The translations under genes were made by a program, and so were the position numbers. This document shows positions 32,713 through 40,939 of a DNA stretch of 64,000 bases, piece by piece (position 1 is the stretch's first letter; each line of letters begins with the position of its first letter). The stretch covers positions 26,586 to 90,585 of the forward strand of contig JAFZXZ010000017.1 in assembly GCA_017616555.1 (NCBI GenBank), in the 5' to 3' direction. Under the pieces are notes generated by a model, which saw only the letters and a list, made by a program, of their open reading frames with translations, had not been told where the DNA came from and searched no databases. Origin of the DNA: a bacterium (GTDB lineage: Bacteria > Auribacterota > UBA3054).

Positions 32713-33098
32713 TGTTCGCTTTCGGTTCTCCTGACACCGCTTTCGTTTCGCCGCGGCACGCTCTTTACCCGCACATGACGGTCTTCAAGAACGTCCTGGG
32801 CGACCTGTCGCTTCGCGGCTATACGAGCGATGAGATAAAAAAGAGAACGACTGAAATGGAAAGCTGGCCCTGGCTCTCCCCTATCTTTTACAAAGCTTGC
32901 CGGGAGCTAACGGAAGAGGAACTCTACCTCGCCGCCCTCGCCAGAGCCGCCGCCTCGCAGGCGCCGATCCTTTTGTGTGAGCTTCCGGAAAATCCGTCTG
33001 AAAAAATATCAGACGCCCTTGAACATTTGAAAACCCAATTCACTGTAAAAATTGCGTCCCCCAATACAGGCACCGCATGGAGTAAACATTCAATATGA
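32712..33098 (+). CDS. Small degenerate ABC-ATPase-like protein (possible remnant)
   Basis: ALYPHMTVFKNV and ALARAAASQAPILLCELP resemble ABC motifs; no Walker A and no LSGGQ. Confidence 0.5.
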   Translation: MFAFGSPDTAFVSPRHALYPHMTVFKNVLGDLSLRGYTSDEIKKRTTEMESWPWLSPIFYKACRELTEEELYLAALARAAASQAPILLCELPENPSEKISDALEHLKTQFTVKIASPNTGTAWSKHSI

Positions 33099-33439
33099 AG
33101 ATCGCCCATTTTTGCATTTACGCATCGCTTCTCGTCCTCTCGAACATCTTCATGACTTTCGCCTGGTACTATCACCTGAAAAACAGGTCCGACTCCGCTG
33201 TAATCCTCGCCATTCTGACAAGCTGGGTGATAGCCTTCTTCGAATACAGCATCATGATCCCTGCCAACCGTTTCGGCAACCAGTCCTTCACCCTCATGCA
33301 GATGAAGATCACCCAGGAGATAGTTACACTCTCGGTCTTCGTGCCCTTCGCGATCTTCATTATGAAAGAGAAAGTTTCCTGGAACTTCCTCTACGCCGCC
33401 CTCTGCATGGTGGCCGCCGCCTACTTTATTTTCAAGTAA
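33095..33439 (+). CDS. DMT family small membrane protein (DUF486-like)
   Basis: SNIFMTFAWYYHLK, SWVIAFFEY, QMKITQEIVTLSVF. Confidence 0.85.
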   Translation: MKIAHFCIYASLLVLSNIFMTFAWYYHLKNRSDSAVILAILTSWVIAFFEYSIMIPANRFGNQSFTLMQMKITQEIVTLSVFVPFAIFIMKEKVSWNFLYAALCMVAAAYFIFK

Positions 33440-33448
33440 ATTGAGAAT

Positions 33449-33476
33449 AAAAAAGCGGACGGGTTGCCCCGTCCGC
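33449..33476 (-). terminator. Rho-independent terminator
   Basis: GCGGACGGG-N-CCCGTCCGC stem with T6 on the minus strand. Confidence 0.75.
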
Positions 33477-33508
33477 CCAAACATTGTAGGAGAAGAATCG
33501 TTTGGTTT

Positions 33509-34210
33509 TTATTTGTTTTTATATACGTCGCGGGGCTGCTTGTACCCCGGTTCGCAGTAATTGTAAGCCATGATCTTGGTGCCGTCCACTGACAATTGGC
33601 TGGTGTAGTCAGCGGGCAGGTCGGCTATGCCTTCCTCGGAGACGACATAAACGTTAACCTGGAAGAATTTCGGGAAATTCATATTGAAGAAACCGAGTTT
33701 GGAGATCTTCTGGGTCTTGCGCAAATAATAGGTCCTGTCGTCGTCAGTCCTGTAGTAGTAGGCAAGGTAATAGCTTCTCGGCTTGATCTCTTTGCCGTAA
33801 TTGTAGAAGATATCGCCTTTCACGGTGCGCTTGGTGCTCTTCATGAACTTGATATGGAAGACGGGATCTTCAGTTCTCTGCAGCGTAGCGTCAACGTAGT
33901 CGGCGCCCTGGGTGATGTCCATAAATTCGCCTGAGAAGAGGTCCAGGGAATTGGCGAAGCCTTTGAAAGTGTACTGGGGATACAGAAGGCGCATTTCCTG
34001 GCGGTTCTTCCAGAATTTGACCTTGCCGGCCACAGGATCCTTGTCCTGGCCGCCCAGGATCGTAGTGTAGCCGTCCCTGGCCACTATGACGGTGTAAGTA
34101 GCGCCGTTGGCGGAAAGATTGTAGGAGCCCGTGTATTGCTTGAAGCCCGGCTTTTCAGCCAGAACACATGTCGCTGTTATCGCTAATATGAGTAAAAGTA
34201 TTTTCTTCAT
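33509..34210 (-). CDS. Hypothetical exported protein
   Basis: Signal peptide MKKILLLILAITATCVLA; GAGG-like RBS (AAGGT) upstream; last gene of the bamA run. Confidence 0.65.
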   Translation of the reverse strand: MKKILLLILAITATCVLAEKPGFKQYTGSYNLSANGATYTVIVARDGYTTILGGQDKDPVAGKVKFWKNRQEMRLLYPQYTFKGFANSLDLFSGEFMDITQGADYVDATLQRTEDPVFHIKFMKSTKRTVKGDIFYNYGKEIKPRSYYLAYYYRTDDDRTYYLRKTQKISKLGFFNMNFPKFFQVNVYVVSEEGIADLPADYTSQLSVDGTKIMAYNYCEPGYKQPRDVYKNK

Positions 34211-34219
34211 ATCAATACC

Positions 34220-34849
34220 TTATTTTTTGTAGCCGTAGGTGCAAAGGGGAAACTGCTGCATCATGTCGCGGAAGAGTTCGTCGTAGCGGTTGTGGATCTC
34301 TCTGGCCCACATGACGTCTCTTTCATACATGTACAGGAAGCTTATGCCCATGACGAGGGAGTCGCGGAAATCCTCGGCTTCCCAGACTTTTTCGCCGGTC
34401 GAAGCGTCGTAGAAAGCGATCCTTGCTGTCACGCTGTTATATGAGAAGACCAGGCCGTAGCGGCTGCACTGCTCTTTCACTTCGCCGTAGCAGACGAGGT
34501 CAACGCCCAGGGCGCTCTTCATCCTGCCGGCGGCGCTTTCGTCGAGGTCGCGGCGGGTGAGCTTAGAAAGGCGATTGTCGGTCTCGCCCATCGGCTGGAC
34601 GTTCCAGTTCTTATAGGAGACCAGGTTGCCGTAGAAGGAGCGCCTGGCGTAAGTGTTGGCGTTCTTCATACCGGCGTTGTTGATGAAGGGCATGACCGCG
34701 ATAGTGGTGTACTTCGGAGTGACCGCAAGATTGATGTGGTTGCGGGTGTTCATGACCACTTCTTCATGAATGTTCTCGTAGGCCCCCCTGGCGCATCCGA
34801 AAAGCAAGAGAGAGGCGGCGGATATCAATATGTATTTCGCGCTTTTCAT
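34220..34849 (-). CDS. Lipoprotein, GNA1162/DUF799-like (TolB-N/CsgG-type fold)
   Basis: ATG at 34849 overlaps the bamA TGA; lipobox LLFGC; TIAVMPF, LGVDLVCYGEV, YDASTGEKVW. Confidence 0.65.
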   Translation of the reverse strand: MKSAKYILISAASLLLFGCARGAYENIHEEVVMNTRNHINLAVTPKYTTIAVMPFINNAGMKNANTYARRSFYGNLVSYKNWNVQPMGETDNRLSKLTRRDLDESAAGRMKSALGVDLVCYGEVKEQCSRYGLVFSYNSVTARIAFYDASTGEKVWEAEDFRDSLVMGISFLYMYERDVMWAREIHNRYDELFRDMMQQFPLCTYGYKK

Positions 34850-37419
34850 CAGAAGGAGAATCCTGTGCCGAGGGTTAAGCCGTCCAAGGGTTTCCAATCT
34901 TTCGATTCACTATCCTTGAAGATCGGGACACCGTAGTTGATCCTGATGGGCATGCGCCACAATTGCAGAATAAGGCTGCCGCCGACGCTGGCGTTGATCT
35001 CGCCGAAGTTGTCGAATTTCTTTCTTTCGACCACGTACTGGCCGTTCATGCAGCGCAGCGCTCTGTAGTACGTCCTTTCCTTCCACCAGACGTTGCCGAT
35101 GTCGGTCCAGACCGCGCCGTGCACGCTGATGTTCTCGTTGTAGCGCCAGATCGGGAAGATGTATTCCGCGGAGACCATGAACTTGAAGTTGCCGCCCAGC
35201 GGGTTGTCGCCGGAGTAGTCCTTCGGCCCGACAAAGCCGTAGCGGAAGCCGCGCATCTCTTCGCTGCCGCCCATAAAGAAGCGGTCGAAGATCGGCGTAT
35301 TGTGGGAAGCGAAGCCGATCGATCCGCGCAGCAGCAAGACGTGCGAACCGCTGAAGACGTAATTGGGCTTCCTTTCGAAGAGCTCGAAGAGCTTGAAGTA
35401 CTGGGAGTGGCTGGCTTCAACAAGACCGTAGATCGTGGAGCCGACGCCAACTCTGCCTTTCAAAATGGTCAGAGCGCCGGAAGTCGGAAGGAACAGGGCG
35501 TCTCTGGTGTCCCTCGTAAGAGTGATTGTCGGAGCGAGCACAGCGTAACTGCCCTTCTCTTTCTTCAGATACTTGTCATAGCGCTCGTATTCAAGAGGGA
35601 CCATGCGTTTCTGGACGCGGCCGTTGCGTTTGTTGACATGGCGTCTCTTGAGCCAGGTGGTGTCTTCGCCGACGATCATATCGTCATAATCCAAGGACTT
35701 GTCAACGCCGACCCTGATGTATTCACCAGCCAAGGCGCCCTCAACTTTTAAAACGCCAAGGTACTTGCCGACAGTCGGGATCCAGGCCATACTAACCGGC
35801 GTAGCGGCCCTGAGGTCGCCGCCGATCCTCATGATCCTGAGATCGGGACCAAGGGCGTTGTTGTTCTTCCAGTAGAGGTCGAAGCCGGCCGCCACTTTTC
35901 TTCCCTTCAGCTGCTCATGCAGGAAGTAGGGCTCCGTGAAACTTAGGATGACGTCCTGGCGGTGAATGCCAAATTCGCCTTTCAAACGAAAATGCTGGCC
36001 GCCGCCGGTGAACCAATTTTTGTAATTCTTCCAGTCAAAGTTGGGCTGCGTAATGGTGATCGTGCCGAAGAGCATGTCCTGGCTGGAGAAGCCGACGCCC
36101 ACGCCGACCTGGCCGGTCAATTTTTCCTTGACGTCAACATAAATGTCTTTCTTGCTGTGATCCTGGGGATTCGGCGCTTCGACTATATCGACTTTCTCAA
36201 AGTAGTCCATGTTCATCAGGCGCTGGCGGCTCGTGTCGATGCGGTAGTAGTTGTAGCGGTCGCCCGGGAAGAAAGAGAGCTCGCGGCGGATGACGACGTC
36301 TTTGGTGCGTTCATTGCCGGTGATGTAAACGATGCCGATGTCGAAGAGGGACGATTCGTCCATTTCGTAGAAAATATCGACTCTCACGCTGTCGTCGGGC
36401 TGCTCTTCGGCAAGCAGTACCTTGGAAGCGCAGACGGCGTCGGCATAGCCCAGAGAACGGAAATAATTCCTAAGATTCTCAGTGTCGCGTTCCACAGCCT
36501 GCGGGGTATAGGGCTCGTCACGATGCACCTCGATCATCGAGATGATGTTGGTGAGGTACATATCCCTCAGTTTGCCCTGCCTGACGGTGATGTCGTTGAC
36601 AAAATAAGGGCGTCCCTCATCGATCGTGATGTCGAGGGCGAGGCCGTCGCCTTTCTCGGTGGAATGGAGGTCGTAATCGACCTGGGCCTCGGGATAGCCG
36701 ATTTCCTGATACATCTCGGTTATTTTCCAGATATCGTCCCTGACCTGATCTTCCTGGTATGTGCCAAAAAGGAACCAGAAACGGGCTTTGGTGCCGATCA
36801 AGAGTTTGATCTTAGCCGTGGAGATAAGCGTATTGCCGGAAATATTGACTTCCCTGATGTAGGATTCCTCGCCTTCCGAAACGAGAATGTTGACGCTGGC
36901 CCTGGTTCCGTCCATGGTGTCGTCTATCTCATAGGTGACATCAGCCATGCCGTAGCCTTTTTCAGCGTAATATTTGCGGATCTCCTCCACGGAGTTTTCA
37001 AGTTTCTCAAGACTCAGGGGCTCGCCTATTTTGAGTTGGACCTTGTCAACCAGGTCCTTTTCCTTAATGCTGTTGTTGCCGGTGAAATCAAGCTTGTCGA
37101 GAATTGGTCTTTCCTTGACAGTGTATGTGACGATCGTGCCGCTGATACCTTCGCTCGTAGTGGTCGAAGCGCTATCGAAATCGCCGGAGGCCAAAAGCCT
37201 CTCAGTGTCAGCCATGGCTTTTTCTTCGCTGTAAACTTCATTGGGATGCGTGCTGATCATGTCACGGATGACCTGCTCGCTGACTCTTCTGTTGCCCTCT
37301 ATGTCAATGCGCTCGATTATGGTCTCGCCATAAGCGGATAAGCCGAGGACCGCCGTCAGAGTCAAAACGGCGAGTCCCAATTTCAGGTCGAATGTCTTCT
37401 TTCCGAAAGTTGATTTCAT
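34849..37419 (-). CDS. bamA: Outer membrane protein assembly factor BamA
   Basis: POTRA repeats (IEGNRRV, FTGNNSI, ISGNTLI, ITGNERTKDVVIRREL), MRGF motif, C-terminal Phe; ATG at 37419 preferred. Confidence 0.92.
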   Translation of the reverse strand: MKSTFGKKTFDLKLGLAVLTLTAVLGLSAYGETIIERIDIEGNRRVSEQVIRDMISTHPNEVYSEEKAMADTERLLASGDFDSASTTTSEGISGTIVTYTVKERPILDKLDFTGNNSIKEKDLVDKVQLKIGEPLSLEKLENSVEEIRKYYAEKGYGMADVTYEIDDTMDGTRASVNILVSEGEESYIREVNISGNTLISTAKIKLLIGTKARFWFLFGTYQEDQVRDDIWKITEMYQEIGYPEAQVDYDLHSTEKGDGLALDITIDEGRPYFVNDITVRQGKLRDMYLTNIISMIEVHRDEPYTPQAVERDTENLRNYFRSLGYADAVCASKVLLAEEQPDDSVRVDIFYEMDESSLFDIGIVYITGNERTKDVVIRRELSFFPGDRYNYYRIDTSRQRLMNMDYFEKVDIVEAPNPQDHSKKDIYVDVKEKLTGQVGVGVGFSSQDMLFGTITITQPNFDWKNYKNWFTGGGQHFRLKGEFGIHRQDVILSFTEPYFLHEQLKGRKVAAGFDLYWKNNNALGPDLRIMRIGGDLRAATPVSMAWIPTVGKYLGVLKVEGALAGEYIRVGVDKSLDYDDMIVGEDTTWLKRRHVNKRNGRVQKRMVPLEYERYDKYLKKEKGSYAVLAPTITLTRDTRDALFLPTSGALTILKGRVGVGSTIYGLVEASHSQYFKLFELFERKPNYVFSGSHVLLLRGSIGFASHNTPIFDRFFMGGSEEMRGFRYGFVGPKDYSGDNPLGGNFKFMVSAEYIFPIWRYNENISVHGAVWTDIGNVWWKERTYYRALRCMNGQYVVERKKFDNFGEINASVGGSLILQLWRMPIRINYGVPIFKDSESKDWKPLDGLTLGTGFSF

Positions 37420-37502
37420 AATATCTGATCGTCTCCAAGACAATATTTCAATATAAGATTATCTTCTGACATCCTACCACAAAACGCACCCCAAATCAAG
37501 TG

Positions 37503-37628
37503 TTATTAACAAAGTTCACAATATATTACACATTCGCAAGTTGGCTAAATATACTAAATTATAGCACTTACTAACAGTTATCCACAAGTTATCAACAATT
37601 TAAAAAGATGTGAAGATCAGGTGGATAA
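37503..37628. promoter_or_regulatory. DnaA-box cluster (oriC candidate or DnaA titration site)
   Basis: TTATCCACA 37578 (perfect), TTATCAACA 37589, TTACTAACA 37568, TTATTAACA 37503, reverse TTATCCACC 37620-37628, in an AT-rich intergenic region. Confidence 0.65.
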
Positions 37629-37661
37629 GGGAAGGAAAACCTGTTCATTTCGCTGGACAAT

Positions 37662-37689
37662 AAAAAAGCCCCGGGAGACCGGGGCTTTT
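37662..37689. terminator. Rho-independent terminator of the third PEP-CTERM gene
   Basis: A6-GCCCCGG-GAGA-CCGGGGC-T4. Confidence 0.8.
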
Positions 37690-37715
37690 AAAACGCTAAG
37701 CGATTCGCCTGCCGT

Positions 37716-40325
37716 TTATTTTCTGCGAAGCAAAAGCAAGGCCAGAGCGAGAAGTCCGAAGACAGCCGGCTCGGGGATAGTGTGGTCGCAGACCACCACG
37801 TTCTTGATGTAGGCGCCGGTATCGCGTTCTTCATCTGGGCCGTCGTTCACAGCTTCGATGTTAAAGGACGTGACGGGCTGGCCGTCGAAATCGGTGTTGA
37901 GCACGATCTCGCCGGTGAAGCAGTTAGTCTCATAATCACCCAGAGTCACCTGAGTGACGCAGGAATTGGCTTCATCAAGATCCATGGTGTAGGAGAAAGT
38001 CTGCCATTGACCGAGCGTGTTGTTTCTCATAAGCTCTTCAACCCCGTCTCCTCCGGCGGGTTTGTAGCCCAAAACAACTTCCTTAGTATCGCGATCCCTT
38101 CTTATGTAGAAAGGCAGGAATCCGTCTCCGGTATTCTGGCAGAACCTTAGATAGGTCGTGTTGTTGTTGTCCGGCAGGTTGACCAGGCAGCGGAAGGAAT
38201 AGTGGCTTCCGGCCGGGACGCCGGCGCTGACCTTAACCTTGCTCTGCTGATCGAAATAGAGGCACTGGATGCCGTCGAAGATCTTAAGAGAAGGCTCGAC
38301 TTCGTAGAAGTTCTCAACTTTCCAGCATTCCTGATTGTTGATTGAGCCGAGATGGAAAAGCTCGCCCTCGAATTCGGTCGTGTAGTACCAGCCGCCCACG
38401 CCGAAGGTCACGAGCTGGACGAAGGAGCCGGAATTGGTGCCATTGCTGGCCTCGTATTCGTATTTGAGCCTGGCGGTATAGTAACCGTCCTTCAGGCCCT
38501 TGCGGTCAAGCCTGTAAATAACCATGCCCTTGGTGCCGATGGTGCCTTTGTCGCGCGAGAGTTTCAAATTGTCCGCGTAATCGAGAACTTCAATGTTGAA
38601 CTTGTAGTTCTGGGCGCCGGCGTTCTCCAAAAGATTGGTGTAAACGCTCAGACCGCCCATGGAGACCGCTTTTTCGTAAGAGGGAATGGCGATCTTGGGA
38701 CGCTGGACTTCCGTGATGAGCAGATTGTCGATGGAAACGCCCACTCTGGAATCTTCGCCGCCGCCGCTGACACCGAATTTTTCAAAGTAGTGCATAGGCA
38801 CCACCCGGTCATTCATCCTCTTTCTCAGAGGCTTTTCCGTAAAGTTGGTGGTGAAGTCGCCGAAGGTGAATTCCGTGAGCTGCTGCATCCTGAAGTCCAT
38901 GGTGTAGGAGAAATCATGCCAGGTCTTGCCAGGCAGACCGTAGTCGCCGACCAGGGGATATCCTGAAGTGTCGTTGTAGGCCCAGAGCCTGACGTCGTTG
39001 CCTTCGGCGTGATACCAAAGGTCAAAGATGGCCGGATTGGCCCAATAGGTCGAGCGGAAATAGAAGCGGTCGGCTTCGTTTTCAAAATCCCAGCGGAATT
39101 TGCAGGAGACTTTGATAATGAGGTTGGAGGGCGTCCAGATGGGATACCAATAGCCGTCCCAGCCGCTGGCTTTTTCAAAGGTCGCGCACTGACCTTCCCA
39201 GGGATCGGATGGCGTGTTGACGTAAGCTTCGTTCGTTACGGGAGAATAATCGTTGCCTTCCTCTTTTCCGAACCAGCCCTGCTGACCGTGAAGCTCGCCA
39301 GGCTGCATATAGGGAGCCTCAAAATCTTCATAGTAGAAGACCAGGCCGGATCTGACGTTCAACGGAATGTCGAATTTTCCGTAAGGCGAGCAGTCGAAAG
39401 TGAGGATCGTGCGGTAGAAACCGTCGCCCATGACGCTGCGATTAAAAGTAACCTTGTGGCTCTTGGTTGTCTTGCAAACACCGGTGGACGCGAAGGTGAG
39501 CCACTCCGGATCGCCCAGGGCGGAAACGGTGTATTCGAATTCACCGCCGCCGTTGTTGGCTACGACGAATTCGCGGCTGGCGACGTTGCGGCCTATTAAA
39601 ACGGGATCAGTCGGCATGGAAGGGACCGGCGTGGTCAGCGCCTCGTAAGCGACCTCGATGTCGTCCACGGCGGTGACGTAACCGCTGCCCTGCGCCACAT
39701 AACCGCCGGCGAAGACAGCCGCGCCGATATGCGTGATCCTGAAGTTGGGAAGGATAACGTTTTCCGGAACGTTGGTGACGCCGTTGGCGATGACGTTGAC
39801 GAGGCGGCGAGAGGGATACTGGATATTGAATTCCAGCTCATTGTCCTTGTCTCCGCCGATGCCGCCAAACTCCATCTGAACTTTGTCGCTGTGGATGATG
39901 TAAAAAGTGCCGCCGTTGCGGTAAGCCCAGAGGGCGCGGCCGTTGGAGGTCCCGTTGCCGAACATGAAGCCGCTGATGTTGCTAAGGGAGCGGTGTTTCA
40001 AACGGATCCTCATAATGCCGGTCTCGGTGAACATGGTTTCCTCGGCCCCGGTGGGGATCCATACGCCGGAGTTGCCGGAGTTAAATCCGTCGGCGTCGTT
40101 CTTCGTCACGGTCAGACACTTTGACTCCATGACGTCGCTTTCCACTTTATAGGCGAAATTCGTCTGGTATTTGGTCTGCCAAACGCTCGCCGCTTCGCAT
40201 TGCGGCAGAAAATCGCCGGAGCTGTAACTTTCAAAGTCCTCCTTGAAGAAAACGCTCGGGTCCGCTTGAACATAAGCCGCGGATACAGCCAGCGCCGCTA
40301 AGAGAAAAATGATTCCTTTTTTCAT
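37716..40325 (-). CDS. PEP-CTERM surface protein, distant paralogue of the pair at 1-5739
   Basis: Signal peptide; FFKEDFESY, YYEDFE...GQQGW and YYTTEFE modules; C-terminus IPEPAVFGLLALALLLLRRK. Confidence 0.88.
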   Translation of the reverse strand: MKKGIIFLLAALAVSAAYVQADPSVFFKEDFESYSSGDFLPQCEAASVWQTKYQTNFAYKVESDVMESKCLTVTKNDADGFNSGNSGVWIPTGAEETMFTETGIMRIRLKHRSLSNISGFMFGNGTSNGRALWAYRNGGTFYIIHSDKVQMEFGGIGGDKDNELEFNIQYPSRRLVNVIANGVTNVPENVILPNFRITHIGAAVFAGGYVAQGSGYVTAVDDIEVAYEALTTPVPSMPTDPVLIGRNVASREFVVANNGGGEFEYTVSALGDPEWLTFASTGVCKTTKSHKVTFNRSVMGDGFYRTILTFDCSPYGKFDIPLNVRSGLVFYYEDFEAPYMQPGELHGQQGWFGKEEGNDYSPVTNEAYVNTPSDPWEGQCATFEKASGWDGYWYPIWTPSNLIIKVSCKFRWDFENEADRFYFRSTYWANPAIFDLWYHAEGNDVRLWAYNDTSGYPLVGDYGLPGKTWHDFSYTMDFRMQQLTEFTFGDFTTNFTEKPLRKRMNDRVVPMHYFEKFGVSGGGEDSRVGVSIDNLLITEVQRPKIAIPSYEKAVSMGGLSVYTNLLENAGAQNYKFNIEVLDYADNLKLSRDKGTIGTKGMVIYRLDRKGLKDGYYTARLKYEYEASNGTNSGSFVQLVTFGVGGWYYTTEFEGELFHLGSINNQECWKVENFYEVEPSLKIFDGIQCLYFDQQSKVKVSAGVPAGSHYSFRCLVNLPDNNNTTYLRFCQNTGDGFLPFYIRRDRDTKEVVLGYKPAGGDGVEELMRNNTLGQWQTFSYTMDLDEANSCVTQVTLGDYETNCFTGEIVLNTDFDGQPVTSFNIEAVNDGPDEERDTGAYIKNVVVCDHTIPEPAVFGLLALALLLLRRK

Positions 40326-40411
40326 AAATCACCTCGTGTTGGTTTGAATTCTAATTGTCAAATATATATTGTAGCAAATTTAACGCTTTCATATTTGGTA
40401 AAATAATTTTC

Positions 40412-40855
40412 ATGGAGCACAAAGATTACATGCAGCTGACTGTCAAGGAAGCCAAAGAGGCCGCCGCTATTGGCGAAGTCCCGGTCGGGTGCGTCATTGC
40501 GGACGAAGCCGGGAACGTCATTGCTTCCGCCCACAACCTTACGGAAAAAGGCCAGGACGCCACCGCCCACGCGGAGCTTTTGGCCATAAAGGAAGCCCAG
40601 AAAAAATTGGGCCGCCGCCTCACTGGCTGCACGCTTTACGTTACCCTTGAGCCCTGCCCCATGTGCTCCGGCGCCATTCTGCTCAGCAGGATCAAAACTG
40701 TCGTTTTCGGAGCGCGCGACTGGGAAAGAGGCGCCCTGCTTTCCAACGCCAACCTCGCCAATACCTGGGCGGGCGGCAAAGTTGAAGTGTTGGAAGGGTT
40801 TTGCTCGCTTGAATGCGAGACGCTTCTCAAGGATTTCTTTTCTGCCCGCAGATAA
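40412..40855 (+). CDS. tadA: tRNA adenosine(34) deaminase-like nucleoside deaminase
   Basis: GEVPVG, TAHAE, TLEPCPMC, LLKDFF; ATG at 40412. Confidence 0.85.
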   Translation: MEHKDYMQLTVKEAKEAAAIGEVPVGCVIADEAGNVIASAHNLTEKGQDATAHAELLAIKEAQKKLGRRLTGCTLYVTLEPCPMCSGAILLSRIKTVVFGARDWERGALLSNANLANTWAGGKVEVLEGFCSLECETLLKDFFSARR

Positions 40856-40871
40856 TCCCCTCCCTTCGGCC

Positions 40872-40913
40872 CAATATATTGTTAAAAAAAGGCCCTTTTG
40901 ATACAATATATTG
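40872..40913 (+). promoter_or_regulatory. Sigma70-type promoter of the SMC operon with two CAATATATTG palindromes
   Basis: TTGTTA (40879)-17 bp-TACAAT (40902) with TG extension; palindromes at 40872-40881 and 40904-40913. Confidence 0.6.
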
Positions 40914-40939
40914 AGTGTGTATTCGTATAAGAAGGGATT

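Noticed and set aside
34963-37341. Plus-strand ORFs opposite bamA
   Set aside because: Antisense shadows with no independent evidence
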